DNA of 63,867 bases, filler included, from Octopus bimaculoides (Eukaryota), in NCBI RefSeq assembly GCF_001194135.2. It is 4 parts of 4 records of this genome, joined end to end, with 100 filler letters (N's around TTAATTAATTAA, not from the genome) between each part and the next. Parts side by side here need not be neighbours in the genome. Positions count along the whole stretch, not along the records: positions 1 to 23,802 come from NC_069005.1; 3 more parts are not named here. One strand, written 5' to 3'. Positions 1-11,740 of this stretch are shown here, piece after piece. Made by a program: the position numbers and the translations under genes. How positions within the stretch are numbered: position 1 is the stretch's first letter; every line of letters starts with the position of its first letter. Under the pieces are notes generated by a model, which was not told the origin of the DNA, did no database searches, and worked only from the letters and a program-made list of their open reading frames with translations.

Positions 1-406
1 ATATATATATACACATATATACATACATACATATATATATACACATATACATACATACATATATATATACACATATATACATACATACATACATATATAT
101 ATACACATATATACATACATACATACACATATATACATACACATATATACATACAAACATACACATATATACATACATACATATATACATATATACATAC
201 ATACATATATACATATATACACATATATACATACATACATATATACATACATACATATATACATATACACATATATACATATACATATATATACATATAC
301 ATATATATACATATACATATATACATACACACATATATACATACATACATACACATATATACATACACATATACATACATACACATATATACATACACAT
401 ACATAC

Positions 407-445
<39 letters not shown>

Positions 446-450
446 TCTGT
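1..450. repeat. Compound (AT)n/(AC)n/(ACAT)n microsatellite
   Basis: Directly visible; similar tracts at 48290-49340 and 62841-63490. Confidence 0.95.
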
Positions 451-1928
451 ATATTTACAGATGCACGATTATATATACATTTATAAACACACACATACAC
501 ATATATATATTACATACATACATGTTCAACATTTTCGTTATTTCAGTTTGCTGGAGTTATCTATTTTATATGATTACCTGAGAAAACTATGTGCTTCCAT
601 ACTCCGGTTCTGGTTGCTGGAACAAACTACTGCTACACACAATTTGCCTGTCATCTTGGCTTTTCTTTCCCTCTGTGTCTGAGTGTATATATACAAATAT
701 ATATATATATCTATATATATATGTAGATATATATATATATAAATGTGGAAAAATAAAACTTTAAAAAAAAAATTAAAAACTTTCCAAGCTCCAAATGATT
801 TTAAATTTTGGCTCTTTACAAATGACTCCTTGGATATATATGCGTGTGATTATATAGGTGTGTGTTGACAACAAAAAATTAGTGTATGGGGGTAGGGTCA
901 ATATACAGGGTTGACCTTAATATATGGCTGTGACTTTCATAGTGTTGGGGTTTTAAATTAAATATCTAGATTGTGTGGTATTGTAGCTTGATTATATATG
1001 GTGTTGTACTTTAACTATTACATAGTGTTGTGGTATATATATATATATATGAACATATGTATAGATTTTTTCCTGGTGACTTTCAAAAGAATAACAGGAT
1101 ATACAGGAAGGGGGGAAGAAAAGAAAAGAAACTAAAGAGGAAGGGTGGGGGAAAAAGGAAAAAAAAACACAGAATTTAAGAATTACAATTGAATATATTC
1201 TTCAACCTGAATATAACTATTCTTAATATTAAATAAATTATATATATTTATATATCTATCTAGCAACACATACAATCACACATATATATACCAAAGTTTA
1301 TACATATATGTATATATATATAACTGTTCGTCAGTGTTAGTTGAGGAATTCCTTGTCTGGTATGGTCTGGTCTTGTCCGGTTTGTTGTGTTATTATAATA
1401 TATTCTGTGGCTGTTTGGATTGTTGTAGAGAACTGTGGTGGTAGTGGTTAGTCTATTATAAGTTGAATGAAAGAAAAACTTGCTAGTTGTCAGTAGGTAT
1501 TTAGCAAATGTGTTGAGGAATGAGTCTTTATAACCCCATTACTTGAAAGGACGAATGTTGAAATGAAATCTACTTAGTAGAGAGCGGAAGTGACGTGACG
1601 TAATATAACAAACAAAATAGGAAAAACGAACCAACAAGTAAAAAACAACAAATCAAATTAAATCGTGGACGTGACGTCATCGGAGTGGAATTATGGGTAG
1701 AAGAGATTTTTATTTCGGAAGAAATTGAATAAGTACGAAGCGAAATGCCGAGTCGAACATGTTATCCGGCTTCCAGAAATCCGGAAATACTTTACAATAT
1801 TGCGTGCAATATTCTGTACCTTATTTTTGAAGTTTTTTAAAAATTTGATTTGCATACGGTGTGTTAAAAATGGTTTTTAGGTGGATTAATAAAGATAACA
1901 CAAACACTGCTATAGAATTTTAATTTAA

Positions 1929-2405
1929 GCACCCCATATAATCTTAATTTTTATTTTGGTTGAATTTTCAGAAATTTTTGGCGAATTTATGTTCTACATA
2001 CGGGAATTCATACAATAAAGAAAAAGATTTTCTTGTGTGTGATTTAAAGGCGATTTAACTGTTATTTTTAGCACAACTCACGACCACCTGATAGCTTCCT
2101 CATTTATTTGTCATCCTGGCATGCCCTGATGTTTTTTTAAATATTTTTCTCCCATTAAGCACATTTAATGGCATTAAAGGGTAGTCCATTACTGAGATTT
2201 AAGCAAAAAATTCTAACTACGTATTTTAAACGGATTTTTCTTTTTAATTCCAAAAAGAGTGGAACTTTTATGACTTATGCGATGGGATTAGAAAATTAAA
2301 ATTTTTTTTTTTTTTTTTCATAATCGTTTGAATTCTCATGTGTAGAATTCAAATTCCCAAAACTTTTCTGAAAATTCAAAACCGCAAACAAGTTATATGG
2401 GGTTC
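1929..2405. mobile_element. MITE with ~100-bp imperfect TIRs and TTAA target duplication (Kolobok/piggyBac-like)
   Basis: TTAA-GCACCCCATATAA... and ...TTATATGGGGTTC-TTAA; the arms align in inverted orientation. Confidence 0.65.
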
Positions 2406-2749
2406 TTAAACCAGGATTTTTCCTAAAAGTGTATTAATTTCTACCTGTATCTATTAGATAATATCAGGTTCTATACTTTTCTTCGTTTAATCCTCAACAT
2501 TTAAACATTACAGTGGATACATGGAACAGTATGATTTATTTTAAGAATTTTAAGTAGATTAATAAATATCAAACAGGTCCAATATTAAATATGTATTAAT
2601 TTAAATCTGTTAAATACAATTTAACACTTTACTCTTCATACTTTATTTTATATTTTAAATAGGTGCAGACACCAAACCCACCCAACCCCTCTCCCCACAG
2701 GAAAAAAGAAAGAAGAAAGAACAGACACCACAAAATTTACAAGACCCCC

Positions 2750-2987
2750 TTTAATTACTATTTTATTCTAGTGGACCCCCCCATAGCCATTTGAATTTTT
2801 AAAAAACTAGTTTTATAGATACTCCTTTCAAAATTACTATTCTGCTTTTCACACATTTACTTCTGTAGGTTTTGAGGGGTCCACACAAGTAAAATTTACT
2901 ATTTTTGCGTGTGTGAACTCCCCCACCTCCGAAAAACATCCTATATGGACCCCCTAGGTCATGTGAACCCTGGTTGAGAACAACTGG
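2750..2987 (-). mobile_element. hAT-type MITE end
   Basis: Reverse complement starts CAGTTGTTCTCAACCAGGG, typical of Charlie-like TIRs. Confidence 0.45.
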
Positions 2988-3654
2988 TTTAATCAAACAA
3001 ATCAACACTTGTATTTCTTCCTTTAACTCTGATACTCATTTTATCAATCTCTTTTGCTAAACTACTAAGCTACAAAAAAACCACTAAGACATAAACAAAC
3101 TTACACCAGTCGTCAAATGGTGGCAGGGGATAAACACAACACAAATACACACACACATACACATACAGCAGGCTTTTTTTTAGTTTCCATAGACCAAATC
3201 TGCTCACAAGGCTTTGGTCAGCCTGAACGGGGGCTATATTAGAAGACACTTGTCCAAACACAAACCCTAGCTGCCTTATGAGTACTTTGGGAAAGGGAAA
3301 AAAAGGCTAAGGGAGTCAACTTGGATAACAAATCAAGACACGGAGCCCTTCAGTCAGTCTGGTGCCCGCTTTGATACCGTTTTTGCAACTCCAGCATAGG
3401 TGGAACTCACCAGCCCTCTGAAACAATTCACTGAAGAGAAAAGGCCACTCCAATGTAAAACCTACAGCTTTCTGGTCGCTGCTGTCATCACAGCCCATTG
3501 AGTCACTGTGGTCAGACATGGAAGCCTAAAGAGTAGGACCAGAAGGACTGGACTGACGCCGATTTTAAAACTACTAAATGCAGGCAGGAAAAAAAGACCT
3601 GCAGCACAATGGATCAATTTAAATAACCACTTGAAAACAAGCCCCTCTTTCCCA

Positions 3655-3845
3655 TGAATTGATACTAAAATTATGGACAGGGCAGTTTTACAAGGAAGTG
3701 TTAACAGTGAAACATCTTTGCTAGAAGAACAGCTGAACTTATTCATTAATATTCAACTAAAGTACATTTAATTTTATAAAAGTTTCATTGTAATGGCAGG
3801 TATGATATCTGTACTAATAAATCTAATCAATATAATTTTACATTA
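3655..3845 (-). promoter_or_regulatory. Orphan fourth copy of the protease promoter (TATA changed to TGTAAAA)
   Basis: AAGTTCAGCTGTTCTTCTAGCAAAGATGTTTCACT nearly matches SP1; homology continues to TAGTATCAATTCA and then stops. Confidence 0.65.
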
Positions 3846-4239
3846 CACCAATAATGTGTTGTTGTTTTTTTATTATTTCTGTTGACTTAATAGTGCAATC
3901 TTTTGAGTGGCTTGACACAGTTTTGCATTTATGGAACTTTTGAGCTGCACTTTTCTAAGAATTCCGTGTTAAAAGCAATTGCTTATTGTTTGACCCAGTA
4001 TCATTTTGTTGTGTACTAAACACAAAAGATGGGAAAATATTCACATGCTAGCTTCAGTTGTAGTATTTTCCATCTGTCATTTTCCGACTATAATCATTTT
4101 TCTATTTTCTCCCACAAAACTCTGTTTTTGTCTGCTATGCTGCATGTTTAACCCTGATCATTTCACTACCATTATTTCTGACCAAAAGTTGTTGCATTTT
4201 CCCAGATATGTTTATGAGCCCTCTTTTACTTGTTTCAGT

Positions 4240-4596
4240 CATTTGACTGCGGCCATGCTGGAGCACCGCCTTTTAGTCGAGCAAATCAACCCCAGGACTT
4301 ATTCTTTGTAAGCTTAGTACTTATTCTATCGGTCTCTTTGCCGAACCGCTAAGTTACGGGGATGTAAACAGACCAGCATCGGTTGTCAAGCGATGTTGGG
4401 GGGACAAACACAGACACACATATACATATATACGACAGGCTTCTTTCAGTTTCCGTCTACCAAATCCACTCACAAGGCTTTGGTCGGCCCGAGGCTATAG
4501 TAGAAGACACTTGCCCAAGGTGCCACGCAGCGGGACTGAACCCGGAACCATGTGGTTGGTAAGCACGCTACTTACCACACAGCCACTCCTGCGCCT
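4240..4596 (-). mobile_element. tRNA-derived SINE, family C (AGGCGCAGGAGTGGCTGTGTGGTAAG...)
   Basis: A/B-box-like head; other copies near 3100-3260, 32000-32190, 44000-44165, 48150-48290, 51290-51445, 60618-61000. Confidence 0.8.
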
Positions 4597-5194
4597 TTCT
4601 TTGTTCGTTTTGTAAATATGAGCAGCAGTTCGTTGAAGAGATTACTATGGAGGCTCATTTGAAAAAGATACTTTTTTGAAGCTACAATAACTTGTGATTC
4701 TCCCTTCTCCCTACTTATATAAAAACTTGCCTACTTGTGGAAGCGCAATGGCCCAGTGGAAGATCAAAGGACAAATGGTAAGGTTGACCTCATGAGATTT
4801 GAACTCAGAATGCAAAAGGTCAAAACAAAGAAAAATTTCCAGAAATCATTTTGTTTAATGCTCTAACAACTCTACTAATTATCTGCTTCATCATTTCATA
4901 TACATTAAATTTAGAGACATATGATGATCAGAAGGTTATTGTATAGCCCCCCCCTCCCCCCAAAATTTCGGGCCTTGTGCCTAGAGAAGAAAAGAAAAAA
5001 AAACTCCACTTCGTGTTCTTTAGATAATAGTTAACTTTAGTTATGGTATTTGTAAATTATGGTGTTTATTTACTTTTGTGATGTGTGTGTGTGTGTGTGG
5101 CTTAGTGGTTAGGGTATCGGCTCGAGATCGTAGAGTTGTGAGTTCGATTTCCAGTAGCACAGTGTGTCCTTGAGTAAGACACTTTATTTCATGT

Positions 5195-6337
5195 TGGTTA
5201 GATCGCTCGAGGTCTCTGATTGTTCCACATTTTCGTCATTTCTCGAAGTTAGTGGGCTTTCCTGACCGACGATCATCTTCAATGGAATCTCGGCCTTCTA
5301 AAAGGGTTTTGAACACTCTGAAAACGTGTGCTTTTGATAAAGCAGTCTCCCAGTGAGCCTGTTGAAGTTTTGCACAAGTTTCAGTGGCACTGGGTCCGAG
5401 TTTGAAACAAAACACTTTCTATTACATCTTCAAGTTGCTTTTAATTGACTGTACTGAAATTACTCTAAAATACGACTTCAATCTGTTTCTTTCCGTGACT
5501 TCATCTTTTGCCTCCACAAACGCCTTGAAATATGCAAAAATATCATCAATATTGTAATTTATCGAATTCGGAAAATTTTTCGTGTACATGTAAATTACAA
5601 TACCCCACAAACCTTCTTTGTGGATAAATCCCTTGTTACACACACTTCCAGCACAAATTGCTTGTCTAAGGGAGATAACCCATCCTCACTGACAGGGGGT
5701 AAAGGTTGTTTATGGAAAAGCAGCTGTCACCCCATGCATACTAACTACCCCTTTCTATGCCATCAATGTTATCCAAGGGAAAAGCATAGGGGGCCGATAG
5801 AGCTTGGCACCAGTGATGTTGCAACTCATTTCTACAGCTGAGTGAACTGGAGCAACGTGAAATAGAGTATCTTACTCAAGAACATCTGAAGTACACCCCC
5901 ATCCTTCCTTGTGTATAAATCCCTTGTCCTTCCGTCTTCCAGCGCAAATAACTGGTCTAATGGAGATAACCCATCCTCACTGACAGAGGGTAAAGGTTGT
6001 TTATGGAAGAGCAGCTATCACCCATTGGGTCCGAGTTTGAAACAAAACTTGATCGCACAGCGTTGCTCATACCTCGCTCGCTCTTTTTCAGGACACACAA
6101 AAACAAATTCACTCCGCAAAGCGTGCACTCACAGTTCACCTGTTAACGCCACGTAATTTGCTACTTAACTGAAGATATAAGGGACGTTGATGTGACAAGG
6201 CCGTGACGTTGATGTCACAAGACCGTGACGTTGATGTCACAAGACCGTGACGTTGATGTCACAAGACCGTGACGTTGATGCTGCAATGTTGCTAAGTGAA
6301 CGCTATGAGACTAGTCTTACTTTATCAACAGACTTCG
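5195..6337 (-). mobile_element. Mariner 5' fragment interrupted by a ~610-bp insertion
   Basis: TA-CGAAGTCTGTTGATAAAGT TIR-like end at 6337; EQRCAIKFCFKLG start; ...DDRRSGKPT HTH segment at 5195-5395. Confidence 0.65.
6183..6280. repeat. 22-bp minisatellite (GACGTTGATGTCACAAGACCGT) x ~4.5
   Basis: Directly visible, no spacers. Confidence 0.9.
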
Positions 6338-6653
6338 TATCTCACTGTCAGTTACGAATATATTCTCTGAATGACTCACCATGGAAAATATTTTAATTTC
6401 AGATACATTCAAGATAGACAAAAATGACAAGGAGAGCTCACCAACATTAGAAAATGCGAGACCTTTGTTCAGAAATACTGGAAGTCAGATAAAGAACAGA
6501 TTCGCTGAAACATCAAAAGTACTTAGCATAGTTGTGGTGCAAACACAACTTGGTTAACATGCAGTTTAGCGTTCTAAAAAAGTGAAAGTAAATTGCAATT
6601 CAAACTGCAAATGACGACAGTGAAATCTCAATTCATTATATTTATATAACATT

Positions 6654-6855
6654 AAGGTGGCGAGCTGGCAGAATCGTCAGCACGCCGGGCAAAATGCTTA
6701 GCGGCATTTCGTCCGCCTTTACGCCCTGAGGTGGGGTTGACCTTGTTTTTCATTCTTTCGGGGTTGATAAATTAAGTACCAGTGAAACACTGGGATCGAT
6801 GTGATCGACTAGTCCCTTTCCCCTAAATTTCAGGCCTTGTGCCTTTAGTAGAAAG
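6654..6855 (+). mobile_element. tRNA-derived SINE, family A (AAGGCGGCGAGCTGGCAGAATCG...)
   Basis: Repeated at 8837, 11747, 13643, 19021, 44400 (+) and 45497-45680, 53115-53285, 57585-57785 (-). Confidence 0.8.
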
Positions 6856-7629
6856 CAATATAACATGAAAGCAATGCATAGAGCGTACATAGAAGTTTTC
6901 TCAGTCTCTGAATCTATTTCGTCACGTATCATCATAGTTACGATGTTAATAAAACATCGCTCATTCAACATGAGTTTCTTGTTGGAAAGTATCTACCTAC
7001 CTTCAACAGCGTTGGATCGACAAAATTTAAAGAATTCAGTTTCATAGCTATATATGTTGCTTGAACTAACATTGGAAGCCCACCTATTGGATATGTAACG
7101 AGTTCCTGGTGATATCTATTTTGTTACAATGGGTCAAGGTGTTATGCTCGTTCGGTTGAGGATCTTAATCAGGCAGCATTTTCCTGTACCCCTTTCTACT
7201 GCACCAAATACCCAGTTCTCATTTATGCTACTAACTATTGTGGTATATTCGATGCAGGGTTTCATGAAATTATGGGGTTTTGCTCACGTTATTTCCGACG
7301 CAAATCACTTTCATTTTTGCACAACTCTAATCTACATTGTTGATCCAAAGCCTCGTTTAAGAAAATAAAAAGAAGGTTCTAATTTAGTCTGAACGTGACA
7401 GGTGGAACCGAAAAATTACTACGACTCAAGCTAACATGTGAACATTTTCCCATCTGTTGAGTTAAATACACAACAAAATGATACGGGGGTCAAACAATTA
7501 ACAATCGTTTTTAGCGTAGAATTCTTAGAAAAAAATACCAAACGAAAGTTTCATTAATGCAAAATCTCTCAAAAGATTGCACTTTCCGTTCAATAGAAAT
7601 TAGTGAAAAACACATAACTGGTGTAATGC

Positions 7630-7815
7630 AAAATCATATTCCTTACAAATCGTTTATGAATGACATCACTTACTTTCCAATGAAATATTCTCTGTTCTTT
7701 TGTCATATTATTAGAGTATTATTCATAGACAAGTTCAGCTGTTCTTCTACCAAAGATATTTCACTAATGACGCTTCTCTATAAAAACACTGTTCAAAATG
7801 ACAAGATTAGTTCAA
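7630..7815 (+). promoter_or_regulatory. SP1 promoter: conserved upstream block, E-box CAGCTG (7736-7741), TATAAAA (7779-7785), Inr-like TTAGTT
   Basis: Aligns with three other copies in the window with conserved spacing. Confidence 0.75.
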
Positions 7816-7837
7816 TCTGGTACCATCTAAAATCACC

Positions 7838-7882
7838 ATGTTGGCTTTCTGTTTCCTTTTTACTGTTGCTTCAGTTTTGCTG
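7838..7882 (+). CDS. SP1 exon 1, signal peptide (MLAFCFLFTVASV...)
   Basis: ATG 59 bp downstream of TATAAAA; hydrophobic; aligns with the exon 1 of paralogs at 20539-20587 and 23497-23548; donor GTAGGA at 7883. Confidence 0.8.
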
Positions 7883-10609
7883 GTAGGAAACGTCTTCTCA
7901 CACACACACACACAAAATCTTTATTCCTTTACCTAATTTAGTACATATTTCGATTGAAATTAGAGAAAATAGCTAGAAGATATTTTTTTGCTACGATTTA
8001 GATAAAATTGAATATTATGTTTGATGGAAATAGATCCAGTTATACGTATAAAAATTATTGTTGGCACTCCATCGCTTACGACGACGAGGGTTCCAGTTGA
8101 TCCGATCAACGGAACAGCCTGCTCGTGAAATTAACGTGCAAGTGGTTGAGCATTCCACAGACACGTGTACCCTTAATGTAGTTCTCGGGGATATTCAGCG
8201 TGACACAGAGTGACAAGGCTGACCCTTTGAATTACAGATACAACAGAAACAGGAAGAAAGAGTGAGAGAAAGTTGTGGTGAAAGAGTACAGCAGGGTTCG
8301 CCACCATCCCCTGCTGGAGCCTTGTGGAGCTTTTAGGTGTTTTCGCTCAATAAACACTCACAACGTCCGGTCTGGGAATCGAAACCGCGAGTCCGCTGCC
8401 CTAACCACTGGGCCATTGCGCCTCCACATAAAAATTATATATATCACTGAAATCGAAGAACAATTTATCTAAATGTATATAAAATAGTTCTTTTTGTGGT
8501 TTTCTTTTAGCACCCGAGACCCAGATTGTTGATGGATCTCCAGCACGAAACTGCGAATTTCCATCAATTGTCCATCTCCAAGTTTACAACACACCTTCCG
8601 ATAATACGGTTGGTTTGTGTGGAGGTACTTTGATTGATGCTACACACGTATTGACAGCAGCTCACTGCCTGTAAGTATATTTCGTATATATTGACATTTT
8701 CACACCTTAATATTTCATCATTTGGTCATCACGAACATAGTTCCTTTCCTTAGTTTGTACAATATAAAGGTTGATAGTAACTCATCGAGGTAAATACAGT
8801 CACATAGATACAGGCCTCAATATCACGTTTAACATTAAGGCGGCGAGCTGGCTGAATCGTTAGCACGCCGGGCAAAATGCTTAGCAGTATTTCGTCCGTC
8901 TTTACGTTCTGAGTTCAAATTCCGCAGGGGGTCGACTTTGCCTTTCATCTTTTCGGAGGTCGATGAATTAAGTACTGATGTAATCGACTCACCCGCTCCT
9001 TCGAACTTGTTGGCCTTGTGCCAAAAAAAATGGAAACCAATATCATATTCAAAATTACATATAATTTGATTAGGTTTACAGTGAATCGTATTTCACTATT
9101 GGAAATATATAGCACACACTGATGATAGACTTCAGTTTCGCCTTTTCATCTAACGTCAGTTGTTACAATGTTTAGAACTTTAATCATTCTTCGACGCATT
9201 GTGTGCGTTAATTCTTCGTGTTATTTTACTCTGTGTCTTTCATATCACTACTGCAAAATCCAACTTAGTTCAACAAACAGATATAATTACGCACAGACAT
9301 AACACAAAAAGTTAAGAGACCCCACACACTAATCTTCCAGTATTAACGGAACTTACACCACAAGGGCTCTCCCGGTAATGCACAGTAGAATTTTGATCAA
9401 AGCAGCATGTTTCAAGGAACTTCGGTCGTTTAGCATCTGTTAATATCAAATTTAGTTTCGGTTAGTATCAGCTAAAAACATACATTTTGCTTGATTTTAG
9501 GGAAGGAAACGTCAGAAAGGTTACTGTAAATATTGGTTCCAACAATAAGTGGGCTCCTGGTCCTCAGTCAAGAAGTGTAACCCAAATTGTGAACCATGGT
9601 GAATATGTACACACTACCTACCTAATTAGTAAGTATTACCCATAATTATGGCTTCTTGTATTTTTTCCCATATCTTCTCTCCCACTCCACACCGCCTCTC
9701 GCTGTCTGTCAGTAAGTACCAATGTTTCACCAACTGCTATTTACCGTCAATAAATGACATCTATTGCTTGGTGATTTGTCTTGAATGTTTGCGGAAACAA
9801 TATCTTCCATTAACTTATTGACATTCCGAATTTCTTCCCCCAGTCACTTCAGCTGTGACTGGTACATCACGTACACCTACCTATCACTGTAACAAGCAGC
9901 TGCTGCTGACAACGACGACGTCGACGATGATGATGATGATGATGATGACGACAACAACGACAATGATGCTGACTTTGGTGAAAAACGATGACTCTTTTTA
10001 ACTGAATGAGTTCATCTCATAGTTTGTTGTAACTTCTTCTCTGCTGAAATATCAGGGCAACTAAGGCTGTATTCTATGTACAACGGCGACGGGTCAACCC
10101 AAGCCTTTTAAGTGAATTTGGGTAGACAAAAAAACTGCATGGAAACCCGTCGTTTGAATTGTACCTTGAATTTAAATGTCCACTCTCGTCGTAGCGTATC
10201 ACATTGGCTTTCATCGGTGGAGCACTCAGCCACTTTACACTTTGATTCAGTGAGTAGATCGTTCGACTGGTCGAACAACAGGTTGCTCGTACGAAGAAAT
10301 CGACGGGAGGACCTATTATCATCATATATGTCTACCAATCACACATGTACATATGTCTAACACATGCACGCGCGCGCGCGCATGCACATACACACATATG
10401 CATCCACGCACGCGTACACGAACCACACTACACATATATACATATATCATACATATATCGCCGTCATTGTTGGATGGTTTTTATCAACAAGTTGCGCACA
10501 AATAAAGGTGCAGCTATTAAATAAATTATAAGTGCAAAATACATATACATGGAGTGGAACACAATGCGGTTTCATTTAGCGCGCGCGCACATTTGTATAC
10601 ATACATACA

Positions 10610-10640
<31 letters not shown>

Positions 10641-11678
10641 TCCTAGGTACGTACACAAATGCACGTACGCGTACATCTCTGTCTATAATATATCTTTGTC
10701 TTATCATTGAAGAAAACGACATCGCCATTTTGACATTAGACCGTCCAGTCAGTGAAGGCAGATGTGTCAAATTTGCACAATTGGCCAGAAAAGGAGAAAC
10801 ATTTGGTACCCGAAGATGTATGGCTGCTGGATGGGGAGATTTCCAATGTAAGTATCAACCAAAAGTGCCATCAAATATTTCAATGATCTCAATTCAATAA
10901 CCGTTGATAGATTTTGCTCATCAATCCAACATTATTTTCAGTTAATGGAAACAGTCCTAACGAATTATACAAAGTGGCTCTTCCAGCTATTCCTCATCAT
11001 GTATGTAAAAGCAATTCCAGGATGCGAATTGCTGATGGAATTCTTTGTGCCGGAGACTTCACACAAGGTGGAGCATCTACTTGCCAGGTATGTTATATTG
11101 ATATTATACCAGGAAAATATTTGGGTTGATATAATCGGCTGTTTTCCTTCCTATAAGTTTTTAGTCATGCATCTATGTAGGAAATATTTATGAAATATAC
11201 CGACTGCTCTGGGTAAAACATTAGGCTGTATCCAGTAAAGAAGCTCCAGCTCCGAAGTACAAGTGTTTTGAGGACTGCGAGTTATTTTCTAGTCATTTCA
11301 ACTCTCAAGTTCGTTCTGGTTCAGGGTGGTACCACTTTTCAAGGGTACCAGTTATCGGTGAAATAGCAAGGATAGTCCAGTACCTAAGACATACAGGACT
11401 CAGAGGAAGGCTCACCCCTAGGTATGCATCGCTCAGGATCACGGGACATCATAGCATGCCTACGGGTGAACATGTTTTAATGTTAAATGAGCCAGTCCCC
11501 CGGCCTAAGGGTAAGCTCGAGAAGCAGGTGACGTCCCGACTACCTGAGCAAACTGTAAATAACCTGGTAGAGCAAATGGAAATCACTGATATATCTTTTC
11601 CAAGAATAATCATGGATTCAGCTCTTCAAACTTTGGCATGAAGGTCCGAGTTTACCGATGCCTGTAAGCACAGAACTT

Positions 11679-11740
<62 letters not shown>

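Noticed and set aside
541-680. Possible exon belonging to the orphan promoter's gene
   Set aside because: No frame on either strand gives S1 protease motifs
5422-5700. ICAG...LWGIV resemblance to a serine protease C-terminus
   Set aside because: No GDSGG motif, no matching splice sites, in-frame stops, and it sits within a transposon insertion
6183-6280. Regular short repeats as a CRISPR array (also 13836-13912)
   Set aside because: Head-to-tail units without unique spacers, eukaryotic context, no cas genes
9121-9165. Other hammerhead-like words (GAAAC near CTGACG; CTGATGA at 41594-41600)
   Set aside because: Core incomplete or no pairing stems
11456-11641. 61-aa ORF in SP1 intron 5 as a nested gene
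   Set aside because: Looks like the 5' region of a LINE leading into a truncated endonuclease start; no supporting gene features
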